Below are positions 11,669-23,573 of a stretch of 64,000 nt of DNA, one piece after another (the first letter of the stretch is position 1; each line of letters starts with the position of its first letter). The stretch is from Curvularia clavata. Its lineage: Eukaryota. A program made the translations under genes and the position numbers. The stretch covers positions 3,162,001-3,226,000 of the forward strand of contig CP089274.1 of the NCBI GenBank assembly GCA_023920165.1, given 5' to 3'. The notes beneath the pieces are model-generated. The model was not told the DNA's origin and searched no databases. It saw only the letters and a list, made by a program, of their open reading frames with translations.

Positions 11669-12756
11669 CTAAAGTGATCCCGCTGCGAGGGCCTCGTCGC
11701 TAACCGAAGTTGCGCCAGAGGCACTCTGCAAGTCATGGAACTTTGCATCAAAGCCGTCAAGAAAGCCGTAAGAGTTTGAGTGAGAGCTGGTGTCGAAGAG
11801 GGTCGAGCCAAAGACATCGACCGAAGAAGAATCCACCATGCTAAAAGCGGGTTCCATGGGTGCAGCTGTGGTGGGGCTGCACTTGGGGAACTGGTCGAAG
11901 TCGAAGAAGTTTTCCATGACGACAGGCTTCTCATCGACTGGTGCGAAAGGTTGAATAGTGAAAGGTAGGTCCAGATCATCCGGAGAGAGGTTCCCGAATT
12001 CGACTGACACTGCAGGTCGCACAATACCGCGGCAGAGTATTGTGTCGAGTCGAATTCGGGGGAGGCCTCAAAGCTGGATGGAGGAGTCTCGGGCTGACAC
12101 GAGGAGTCTCGGGGTGAGTCCATCGAGTCCATGGATTCGGGGCTGGGGAAGGATGTGGGGATCTGCGCTGGGCAGATGGTGCTGAACGAGTCGTGTGATG
12201 GTGTTGAGAGGTCGAAGGCGGTGGATGTTGGTGCTTCGCCAGGGTACTTTGTGCGGTAGTAGCGGAGCTCGGCCTCCATTTGGGCCATCTTCTCCTTGTA
12301 GGCCCTCATGTTGGCCTCGAGCTCGTCCTTCTCATGCTGGAGTACCTCGTACTCCTGGCGTTTCCGCTCACGCGAGTTGTGGGCGGCGAGGCGGTTGCGC
12401 TTTACGCGCTCGATGCGTCTTTGCTCCTTCTCGTCCTCGGTCTTTGCGCGTTTGCGGGGGGGCAGGCTGGTCTTGGGCTCAGGCAGAACCTGGCCCCATG
12501 ACTTCCGCTTCTTGACTGGCTTCGAGGCACTGCTCTCGGGAGCCGGTGTCTGGGAGGGTTCTGACGACTTGGAGGCGGAGCGCTGGGGTGAGGGCGAGTT
12601 CTCGATCATTTCCATTTTGATTGTGGTGGGCATCATTGTGTCCAGTTGTTGTTGTGATTGTGATGCGAGCGATGGTGGGGGGAGGGGCGTTGATGTGATT
12701 GTGGATGTGTTCATTGTGTGTGAGAAGAGAGAAGAGTCGAAGATGTGCTCGGCCAT
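11669..12756 (-). CDS. HAC1: UPR bZIP transcription factor Hac1/HacA, induced (Ire1-spliced) form, ~355 aa; the unspliced frame continues to 11449 (~435 aa)
   Basis: KKRKSWGQVLPEPKTSLPPRKRAKTEDEKEQRRIERVKRNRLAAHNSRERKR is the Hac1-type basic region. Removing 12032-12013 fuses TQYS to AVSVEFGNL... (ORF 11669-12022). Confidence 0.95.
12013..12032 (-). other. Non-spliceosomal 20-nt Ire1 intron of hacA
   Basis: Minus strand: ACACAATACTCTG^CCGCGGTATTGTGCGACCTG^CAGTGTCAG. Both junctions match CNG^CNG. The intron is enclosed by a 13-bp inverted repeat (11993-12005 / 12048-12060). Confidence 0.93.
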
Positions 12757-12855
12757 TGTAGTGAGAGGACTAGGCGGGGAGAAGTGGGCATAGTGGGTGG
12801 TTAATACCAGGACCCAGGCTGTGCATCGAAGAGGACAGAGTGGCATGTACGGCAC

Positions 12856-12930
12856 CTTTTAATAGGCAGCTGCCAAGCGGACCCCGACACCCTGAGGCGC
12901 TAGCCCGCTTTTGGCAGGGGCGCTAGTGCC
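12856..12930 (-). promoter_or_regulatory. hacA proximal promoter: TATA-like TATTAAAA, UPRE-like CAGGGTGTC, GC-rich hairpin
   Basis: TATTAAAAG at ~12864-12856; CAGGGTGTC at 12894-12886 (resembles yeast CAGNGTG); imperfect inverted repeat GGCACTAGC...GCTAGCGCC at 12930-12896. Confidence 0.4.
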
Positions 12931-15900
12931 GTAAGCCCGATGCACCACCCCTACGCTAGGAACTCAGCCGCGGGCCGCGACTGGTTTCACCCAAGTTACC
13001 ATCCAGGCCGACATGTCGCTCAGGGGCCCGCCCACTCCTCCCACCCTCCGTCCTGACGCTGCTGCGAGTCCCGCCTCTTCGCAGTTGTGGGCTGCGGCCT
13101 TTGCCACCAATCCAATCCCGTCCCTCGTCCGTCCTGCACTGCCTGCCGCCGCCGCCAGAGAGAGGCGGTATGGGCCTGCGTATCCAGGGACCCCGAGGAG
13201 CGTCGAGGCCGAGTACGAGCTCGATTTAGCTCTGACCGGCCCACCTGTATCCTCTGCACCGCAGTGGCAACGCGAAACAGGCCAATGTTAGTCATGTCGT
13301 AAGACCCGTCGTCAGCCAGTTCCCAAGATGCCCTCCCCTGGCCTCAGCCTGCTGCTCCCCTCGGTCTTCGGGTCAAGTCCACAGTCACGCAGCCTTTCTG
13401 CATTACTGCATGATTGCCCTTAATATCTGTGCAGCCGGCTGCCACGACTTGGGTAGATGAAGACCCTGATTGTGTTTCTTCTCGAAGCATCTTACCCCAT
13501 ATTTGCAATCTATTCGGCCGGCTCGCTAGCGAATCCACCACCAGCCCTCTAGTCCCCACACTGCCTCGCAATCTATCTCACCTTCTCAGTGCGGCCTATT
13601 GCCCGGCGGATTTGCGCGACCCTGGTATGGTCCCTCTGTTCCTTCACGCACAAGTGGCAGAATGCAATGCACGCTGCCTGCACTCTATCGCTGCAGGAAA
13701 CTGAAGCTGTCACACGAGACCCTTTGGCCCTTGCATCCCTCGCAGCTAAAACGTCCCTTTCTGCCGGAATCCGGGGGGCAGGGTGACTTTCCTGGTGCCT
13801 TCGTTAGCATGTGACACAAGCGGTACTCTGGCGGCAGCCAAAGAGCCGGCCAGCATGTACAGAGTCAGCTTAGCTGGTATCCCATTGGCATGACCATCTC
13901 ATTCTACCGGAACTGCCTCTCACTCCGGAAAATTTCCTGTCGCACACGCCATGATATCACGGTCCGGTCGTTGCCACAAACCAATATGCTGCTGGCGCTC
14001 GAATCCGGTCTCGTATATCGGACGCGTGCACAGCCCTGGCCTGAGCAGCAATGAGGCGTTTCTGGTCATGAACCGTCGCACTGTGCTCCACCGCTCGACT
14101 CGTCACCGTTTCAGGCACCGGTATTCGGACCTATCGCATCACTAGAAACGGAGCTGCCTTGCCCATAGCGTTCTAGATGCTTCCGATGATCGCCCCGCGT
14201 CGACCACGAGATATGGTCGGTAGATGGCAACATAGATGGATAGCAATATTAACAGTGGTAATTCTGCCGCCTATTCAGTGTCGCCGTGTGATCACCTCAT
14301 CGGAAAAATATCGCACTACCATGATGACTGTGATGACTGGGCTGATCGTCATTGCTTACCACCGAAGCCTGCCTGCATACACACAAAGTACTGCTATGTA
14401 CTACAGACACGGTGGACTAGAGAAACTTACCCTTGTATACCTTCTAAGTGGTCTTGATGATGATGCCACATCGTGATGTGTAAATAGCCATACCTAGTCT
14501 TCAACGGACAAAATGCGTACCATGACCTACTTGCTACAAGATTAGCTAATCTCAACAAAATACTCCGTATCAACTCCTCATCAAGGCCGTCCGTGCGAAG
14601 CTTTCGACCGTTAAATTATCCACTCGCGGAGGAACCCTTATCTTGAAAAGCATCAGCACCGTCGCTTCCCAAGGGCTCGTGCTCAACGTACCAGAAACAC
14701 ATCTGAAAAACCGTTCATCAGCATGCTCCTCCTTGAAACCGCATCTCTCTCATAGGCGTCGCGAACAGCACTAAGTTCAGGCCTCCCGTTGTCGATTGTT
14801 CCAATGAACGTGCTTTCAGTGTGGGAAAGCCATTTCCCTTGCTTGGACCATGCGTTCATCTCTCCCATCCTCTCTAAACCGCAAAAGAGCCGGCGGAACA
14901 ATCTTACTCACTGACACAATTAACACAATTAACCTTTGAAAATGTGCTCATCACCACTACCCATTTTAGACTTTCTACCCAAATCGAATCGAGATCCGAG
15001 TAGGCATGCGGCCTGCAAGAAAGCCAAAAAAGAAGTTTGTAGCATGACTGTGAAAGCTTATCACGCCTTCAAGATAGCTTAGGTGTACGAGGAGTAGTAC
15101 ACACATACGTGGCTCGAGCGGCTCGCTCCGGGTGATGTGACTTCACGCCCTAGTTCTTGCATCTTAACCTTTTTTTTTTCCTTTTCTCCCAAAGGTACCG
15201 TTCAGTTGGAAAAGATCAGAAGGTAACTTAGCCGTTGATCGTGATGCGGTAGGCTCCCATGTCTTTTAGTGGATGATGTCTACCAATCGTATACCCTGTA
15301 TTACTGTCTTCGCACTTTGTCAGACACGGGATCAGTCATGATACCTATGCGCTACAAGGATCTCACCCATTTTTGATCCCGCCTTTCGCACGCGACGCGT
15401 TTTGAGTGTTGCAGATGTTTTCGACGTTAACAGTGAGGGAAGGCGAGGTCTAGTGAGGCAGTGGACGACGTGTCTTTGGATGCCAGTTTAGTAAATATCA
15501 GAATTCTTCTGATCAGGATAGTGATTCGATGGTAAAGTATATGAAATGGGAATGAAATGATATTAAAGGGCATGGCGAGAAATTACACTGTACAATGATA
15601 TTGTCAGATTCGCGTAAGGACCCAAAATGTAGCAAATGGCATAGTATCCAGCGAGCTGTAATAGACGAGTATTGAGAAATCAATGCGACATCGTGCTACA
15701 CTGAGAATATGTGTAGTCACAAAATTCCTTGTGTAGTTTCCTATTCATCCAGCTACAAGCTTCTTACGCGAAAACAAATTACCACTACCTCTTACCTCAC
15801 AGTTCTGAAACCTAAGTTACATCAACGCAAGGTGCGAGGTGTAAGATCACTAAATTATCATATCCGTCTGACTCCGCTCGCTCGATACCAGACAAAACTC

Positions 15901-16471
15901 AATTTCACCCGGAGAATAGCACCCCAAAACCACTGCTTCAGATGATAGACAGCGAAGCAACAAACGTTTCTGTGTGCTCGACATCCGGACAGGACCCAAC
16001 CCTACCAGCATGCACATGGATATCATTCTAGGCAAAGGAATTCTGAACAGAATCAATACCCAACACCTTTGTATTCACCACATAACTCCATACGTAGCAG
16101 AGAGCGAAAATGCCCGGCAATGCCGTATGCAATCTAAGTAACAGCTTTCAACACATGTGCTTCTTCTTTAAACAAGACTTTTCGCCACTCCTACTAACGA
16201 CTCGTCTAGCTAGCACAACAACTCTATGAACAAGCACTGCAAGTCTCACAGGAAGCGGATATATTCACAATTACCACTCATTAGCATTAGGTGGAGAATT
16301 GTATCGAGTCTATGACTACACTAGTTATGGAGTGAACAAGCCATGATGGTATATTCCACGCCGAATCGCCTTTTGTGAAAAGCAAGAAATAGAAACAAAG
16401 ACGGAACCCGCGGGGGAAGGAAAAAAGAAGCACACACTTATAACAGCACAATAATTATGCCTTTCACGTCA

Positions 16472-18000
16472 TTAAACCGGAACGCCTACAAAGCCAATCT
16501 TAGGTTTCGCTCGTGCCCCATCTGTGCTCTCTCCGCCCCATTGACTTCGCCATTCTTGCTCTTCGCGTTTGATCTGTGCAAAGGCCTCGCGCTCTTCAGG
16601 CTTCATACGCTTTTCATCTTCGGCATCTAGCTTTGGTAGGCCGTTGACGCCGACATCGATGTAGTCGCCGTCGGGTCCCGGTATGCCCAGCCCAGCAAAG
16701 GGAGGCTGTTGGAACACAGTGTCAACGACCAGGTACTTTCTGCGGACAATACGAGGCACGTCGCTCTCTGCAACTGGGACTTCCTCCCATCGCGCGTGCG
16801 TGGGTTGCGTGACCTTGGGATAGCACATCAGATTCGTGTGTGGGTCATAGATTCCCGAAAGATTTGCTTTGCGTAACTTGGAAAGGCTCGAGTTGAATCG
16901 ACTGGAACACGTTAGCTTCAAGGTTCGAGAACAGTGAACAAAGCATGTATTGCATACCTTGCAGCTGAGCCGTGCTCAAACTGCCAGTTGGCAGAAGTAA
17001 TGTTGACTTTCCGCTTTCCAGGCGCGGGCTTTCCGTTAGCTGTCGGTACACTAGGCACGCCAGTGTGGTAAACACTACTGGCACCGTGCCATGCTACGTA
17101 CTGATTCTTGTTGTACGGCTCTCCTGGAGGCGGAAGTCGGTCATTAGGATCCGCAATCTCACCCTCGACCGCGCCGCTTTCCCTCGCTGCCTGGACGTAG
17201 TAATCGTCAATGATTCTCTTGCCGCCAATGATAATACGAGCACCAAATTCTCTGAAGACGGAGCGAGCAGTGACGACACCAATGGCACGACCTTTGTACG
17301 AGTGCGGAATAATCTCGCGGTCGATCAAATCCCTCTTCTCGGTATCGTCAATGATAATCTTGTGGAGTTTCATATGTTTCGTGAAGAAGAGATAACTGTC
17401 CCTGAAACCGCAGCAACGAGCAGGCTCGGTTGACAACATGTACTGTCGCTCTCCTCTGCCTTTGATGGTGAAGATGCGCACTCGATAGTCCCTTCCGCCC
17501 ATGAGATTGCCCAACTTGTCGACTTTCTTCTCGCCCTCTTCGTCCTCAGGTAGATCGACCTCATCGTTGACAACGTCCATCATAGTTCCCTCTTTGTCAA
17601 TTGGAACACGGGTGGTATGCGACTGCCCTCCCTTGGGTGGACGTCCTCGACCTCCACCAGACGGCCGCCCACGTTTGCGCTTGACAGGCGTGCCGCCTTC
17701 GGAGTTGTCGGGCTCTCCAGCATTCCAGTCCGGGGGCCTGTTCTTAGGTGGCCGGCCGAGACGCTTCTTGCGCGGAAAAGGCTGGATGACTGCGGGCGAT
17801 GGCGAACGTTCAGATGGCGCGGCCTCCTCATCGCTTGCTTGGGCTGCAGATGCGGCTTCCTCCTCTTCCTCCTCTTTGGGTGTTTCGGCGCGCGACTCCG
17901 GGGGGTCTATCATATCCTCGTCGCTGTCTTGTTGCGGTGTTGCGCTGCGAACAGGCGTGCTGCGACGCGCTGCAGCTCGAGAAGGGCGTCCGCGCGCCAT
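16472..18000 (-). CDS. RSC7: Chromatin-remodelling complex subunit Rsc7/Npl6/Swp82 family with AT-hook-like motifs
   Basis: GEKKVDKLGNLMGGRDYRVRIFT...YMLSTEPARCCGFRDSYLFF...VTARSVFREFGARII domain; GRP AT-hook-like motifs; intron 16957-16902. Confidence 0.88.
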
Positions 18001-18702
18001 TGTGGTTTAGGGACGGTGTTGGTGTGGCGCAGCGTATTTCGCGGTCGTGCAATGTGTGTTTAAGCGACTTGAGTGTTGATGGCGGCTACAGCATGGAGTG
18101 AAGCGCAGTTGCGCTGCTGGTGAGGCACTTGCGTACTAGAGGTCGTGCTGTGGACCGCGACGTGAAAGGAGCTAAGCAGGGGTCGTGCGCACGGTCCGCG
18201 CGTATCACGTGCTTACGTCCACTCCCTCTGATATAGATGCATCACCACTTGAATGTTCTCATTACTGGTTTGCATGTTCTCGATTTCACGTCTTCGATCA
18301 GGCAGATTAGTGCCATATAGCCATGCACGGGCGCTCGATCTTCACTGGGCTGCCCAAAAGGCTATGTCTCGGGAGTATCTATCATGACTTTTGACCCTTG
18401 ACTACTACATGCCGTTGGTTGTATGATAATAAATTCTGTCAATGATACCTGTAGCACAAGGATAGACCTGGCCTGTTTGTCTAATATGGGAGTTGATTTG
18501 GCAATTGCCACCCAGTTTCACGCGCTCATCAGTGTAGCAGGACCAACCAAGGCCGTAAACAGTCATGGCTCAGTGTTCAAGAGCAGACCTGCCACTACCA
18601 CTAACTTGGATCATCGTATAGTTCCTTTCACTGAGGTGCTTTCACAGCCTTATACAAATCGTCAAGTCATTGGTGTCTGTGGACCATCAGCAACTGCTCA
18701 TC

Positions 18703-20283
18703 ATGCAACTCGACCTTCTTGCTCTCAAGGCCAAGAAAAGCATCTCACAACTCCTAGCTAGGAACAACGGCACGGAGTGAGTTGATAGACTTCCACTTCG
18801 ATTTAGCCATACTAATAATTCAAGGAATGCTTCTTCCAGCCGCGGCTATACCTCGATCGACAAGGCTGCGGCCAAGCTCAAGACCCCCGATCCGTCACCA
18901 AGCAAAACCTTCATAAGATCGAACGCGAAGTACTCGCCGCCGAGCAATGAGAATACCTCAAGGTGTAATGGCCTTATGGGGTCGCTGAGAAAGAATAAGT
19001 TGCGGAGCATCAACTCCTTACGCAGCCTGCGATCACCCACCAAAGCCAAAAGGCCCGATACAAACACTACGCCCAGTGCTAATGTAAGTGGTTTCCGAGA
19101 TTGCTTCTAGGAGTACTGCTAACTGTATTCTCGATAGAGCCCCTGTACCCCAACGCACCGCCAAAAGTCGTCTCTCGTACTCAACTTCGAACAGTCACCG
19201 GCCGATGAACCCATATTCGATTTGAACTGCGAAGACTCGACTCGTTTCAACCAGGAGATCTACTATTCTTCACCTGTGCCTATTCATTCGTCAGAAAATC
19301 AGAAGACCCAATCATTTGCCGCTTGTTCTGCCATACTTGACGGGACAATCCCACCTTCACCAGCCCCAATCCGGAAGATGTTGGACCTGGAGCAGGCTGA
19401 GGATTTTCTATCACCAACATTCAGTCCTGCGTATGACGTGGAAGAAGCTTGCAGGGAGTTGCTGGCTCCGATACAGGACGTACAGGAGTTGAATCAGATC
19501 GAGAATGCTCAACTAGGAATGCCCGGGGTGATTCAGGCTGGTACAGAGCATTGTCGTGATCCATCGCAAGGCACCGAAGGCGAACCGCTCATCGCAGAAG
19601 ATATGGCAAAGCTGGTCAATGACAGTCAATATCTATGGCAGGAGTCCGAAGTCAACAAAATAACGGAACAATTTGAACGCCAATGTCTTCGTGTCGACAA
19701 AAGCAAGGTAGGTACTCCAGACAACCTGTTAATGATCCTCAGCAAGAACTATCTCTTGAGGATCTTCCATAAGGGAGATTTCAAATGTCGCGTTGGTATC
19801 ACAGTATATCATGCCCATGACTATGCCTCCGAAAACGAGTCGGAGCTCATCGTCGCTCGCCGGGACGAAGACCTTGCTGCCGCCGAAAAGATAATGCCCG
19901 ATATTAACGAATTTGTTATGCTCAATAAAGACGTCTTCGGAAAGGAAGAAACAGAAATAGAGCTTGATGAGGCTCTTGCAGAAGGCCTACTTCCTGAATG
20001 GCTGGATCTCGACCTGGACATGGAAAGTACCGCAAAATTTCGGAGCCGCACCATCAACCCTGCAAAGGTACAGAAGCGCGAGAGCACGTGGGGACAACAT
20101 GCCGGACTCTACGATGGAACAGGCTACGGAGCGGGGTCCAGCTCGCGTTCGTCCACGGCCACAGAGAATGCGACGGATGCAGTCTGCCGTTGTGTTGAGA
20201 ATGGCGATTCCGAGGAAGAAGTCAACAAGATGCTCCCTGGTGCTTACCCGGATACCTCTCGGTTTCGCTTGATGCCTGATTAG
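18703..20283 (+). CDS. Hypothetical protein, ~492 aa, three exons
   Basis: ATG 18703. Introns 18777-18824 (GTGAGT..CTAAT..CAAG) and 19084-19137 (GTAAGT..CTAAC..TAG) link in frame to ORF 19222-20283. No domain recognised. Confidence 0.65.
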
Positions 20284-21190
20284 CTTCCTCCGCGTGCCTC
20301 ACTAGCACGAAAAAAGCCAATTCTGAGTTATGGGGCTCCGTTTTGGGTCACTAGATAATGGTTGAGCAACGGAGTTAGGATACAACGGAACATGAAAAAA
20401 AAAGAGCATTCCACACCATTGTTACTATGACGCAAACACTCTGGCCCCACGCCTGAGACGTTCCACAATTATCTTAGATAGCATCAATGCAAGCTCTAGC
20501 AATCCATAGTTTTTGATGCATCACATGTTCTCCCGCTCACCCCACGAAAAAACGGCATGCGGGGATGCTGCGGCTCCAAACTCTCACGATGGCACCACCC
20601 ACTGGCAAGCTCTTACATCAACAGCAGCACAAAGAAACACAGCGCGCCTCTTGGGGCACGTAGCCTAGTCGATCATCCGAGCCTTGCAGCGGACGGTACA
20701 ACCGAGCGCTCGACCAAAGCAGTAAAGCCCCAGCCTCACGACGCGATCCTTACCGTTATAATCAGGCCATGTCGGCTCATCTTCACTTTACCGAGTTTGA
20801 TAGTTTCAACTGGGCTTCACTAACCCTTGCGCCACTCACGACAAAGAGCAGATGCATAGCCGGCGGTCCCTCTTTTTCAATCCGCTCGTACGATATCTTG
20901 TGTGCGCGTAGGTGTGTCTGCCAGTGAGGAGTAGCCAGAAAGATGCTTGTTTTCAGTATGGTATGTTACCCGTCATGTGTGCGGTGTATGTCTGTGTGTA
21001 TGTATGCAATGAAGCGCCGCCCCCCGGGGCGCCGATCCGCAAAAACGTGGCACTCTTAAGACGAATGCAGGGTGCGTTGAATGCTAGCATAGAGAAAGTT
21101 ACGATTTATCTTTGGTTGCTGCTCTGCTACGATTACCTGACTGTTGTTTGATTTACCCCTCGTCTCCGTACTGCTAACCCCGCGTGGAGT

Positions 21191-22686
21191 ATGCCAGACA
21201 TGGCTGTCAGCGAACATTCTGCCTCCGAGAACACCGACACCGTCATACTTGGATGCGGCATCATAGGCCTGTGTACTGCCTACTTTCTGACTGAGGATGG
21301 AAAGACAAACCCAAAAAATGTACATCTCATCGATTCGAGTCCGAGGTTATTTCACTGCGCGTCGGGACTCGCGGCGGGTTTCTTAAGTGCAGATTGTATG
21401 TACTAAACGTTGTTTCTTCCGCCTTTACGCCTCCGAAAACGCCCACCGTCTGCTGATTAACTTCGACTCCACGTTCCGACTAACAATTTGAAATTGAAGG
21501 GTTCGCTCCATCTGTATCTTCACTCGGCACCCTTTCCTTCAAACTTCACGCAGAGCTAGCCAAGGCGCATGGTGGCCGCGAAACATGGGGCTATTCGTCC
21601 TCGACAGGTCTTTCATTTTCGCAGGACAGCGAGTCAGCGATTGCGGGTAGCGGCGAAGATTGGCTAGAGAATGGAACGAGCAGAGCACAAGCAAGTCAAA
21701 ACAGGCCGCGGGAAGAGCAGATTACACGTCCGGAATGGCTGCGAGGCACACAAGAGGGCATGATGGAAGTCATTAGTCGAGACGGGACGACTGCGCAAAT
21801 AGACCCGCTGAGATTTTGCCAGTGGCTATTGAAAGAGGTCAAAGAGAGGGGAGTGAACGTACACCAACCTGCGCGAGCGACGAGCATAATCAAAGACCAA
21901 GACGGTGTACTAAGTGGTGTAAGGATACAAGCAGGTGAAGACGTTGAGTCCCAAACTGAGTGTAAGATTCTCCGCTCATAACCTTCAATTGTACTTGTAT
22001 ACTGACTACCAACAGTACCATGTTCCCGTCTTGTAATCGCCTCGGGCGCCTGGTCTCCCCGCGTCTTTAGCACCCTCTTCTCCGCCTCCAAATCCCGCAT
22101 ACCCATTTCTCCGCTCGCCGGCCACTCGCTGCTCGTACGGAACCCAAACTTCAAGCCCGAGGAGCTCGACAAGGAAGTCTGCCACGCAGTCTTTGCTACC
22201 GATACGCTAGGCTTCTCTCCAGAGTGGTTTGCGAGACTGGGCGGGGAGCTGTATCTGGGAGGATTGAACAGCACGACTGTACCGCTACCAGACATAGCGA
22301 CAGATGTAAAAGCTAGCGAGAAGGCGATTGAGCAGCTGAGAGAATGTGCGAAAGTCATGACGGTCGCTGTACTAGGTAAAGAATTGGAAGTTTTGAGAGA
22401 GGGCTTGGTATGTTGTTATCTGTGTTGGTTAGAGTTGAAATACTAACGCTTTTTATAGTGTTTCCGTCCAGTCACTTCTAGCGGCCGACCCATCGTCTCG
22501 AGGATACCGGACGAGAAGCTGGGCGGTGTCAAGACCAAGGAAGAAGCCAAAGGCGGCGTTTTCATTGCAGCGGGTCATGGTGCTTGGGGTATATCACATG
22601 CTCCTGGTACTGGTCTGGTGCTTTCGGAACTTATGCTGGGACGGCCCACAAGTGCAAAGGTTGAGGCCTTACAGTTTCCTTTGTGA
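21191..22686 (+). CDS. FAD-dependent oxidoreductase (DAO family, Tda3-like)
   Basis: TVILGCGIIGLCTAYFL dinucleotide-binding motif; CASGLAAGFL; C-terminal CFRPVTSSGRPIV...FIAAGHGAWGISHAPGTG. Introns ~21396-21499, 21962-22015, 22408-22458. Start is 21191 or 21200. Confidence 0.88.
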
Positions 22687-23573
22687 TTTTGGTCATTTTC
22701 AAAGTGACCGCAGGGTCTGAAATTGGGGCATGCTAAAACAAGTCTAGAGATGTTGTATTTGACGAGCAATCGTATAGCTAGCTTTGGTGTTACTTGTGGA
22801 AGTTAACAAAAGTAGTAATACATGGTTGAGAAATTGGACTATTTGAACCAAGTTTAGACACATTAAGTTTTATAGGACCGCACATCAGTGCCTCGCGTAT
22901 CACATTTAACAGTGACTAAGGTGGTGTCTAAAACCTTTAAACATCCCAACAACTCACGTAGCCATCTTATTATTAGAATTCTGGCTCGACGGACAAGACT
23001 CTCCGACTATGCCTCATTAAAGGATGACCAAAAGCTAGACTGTGGGAAGGTCTTGGGATAATGTAAACATACAAAAGATGCATATAAAGCAGGAAAAGCA
23101 CAAAAGAAAACGTTCACGAGTTCATTTACTGCAGAATGTTGACTGGCACGTCCGCACAATACCGTATCTTGTTCCATAAATTGAAATGATAGTCTCGTTG
23201 TGTTCATAAACTAACATGCATGCTAACAAAGTTTCTGAAAGTCAGCGGGTAAGAGGATACATACTTTGAGTAAGAGTAATTGGAAAACAGCTCGTTTTAT
23301 GGTGGGCCATGTAGGATTGGGCTTTTGCCGTTGATTTGGCAGTGAGCAAAATGGAGACCTAGGATAGTCTACAATCTGTTATCTAATGAAGCGTGGAAAT
23401 CGTATAGGCTCCGCTGACTGAGGACCCAAAGCGCTAAAGGAAAATAGAGGTATTACAAGATCGCTACTTGCAGATGGAAGAAGTATCAATAGAGCCATGG
23501 ATATCTAGAAAAACAAGAGAAAGACATATCCTGATGGTGGATGTTACATAATCTGTACGCCTGGCCTGATCCC

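Noticed and set aside
14318..14470. ATGATGA/GTGATGA C-box-like motifs
   Set aside because: No suitably spaced D box, terminal stem or rRNA-complementary guide identified.
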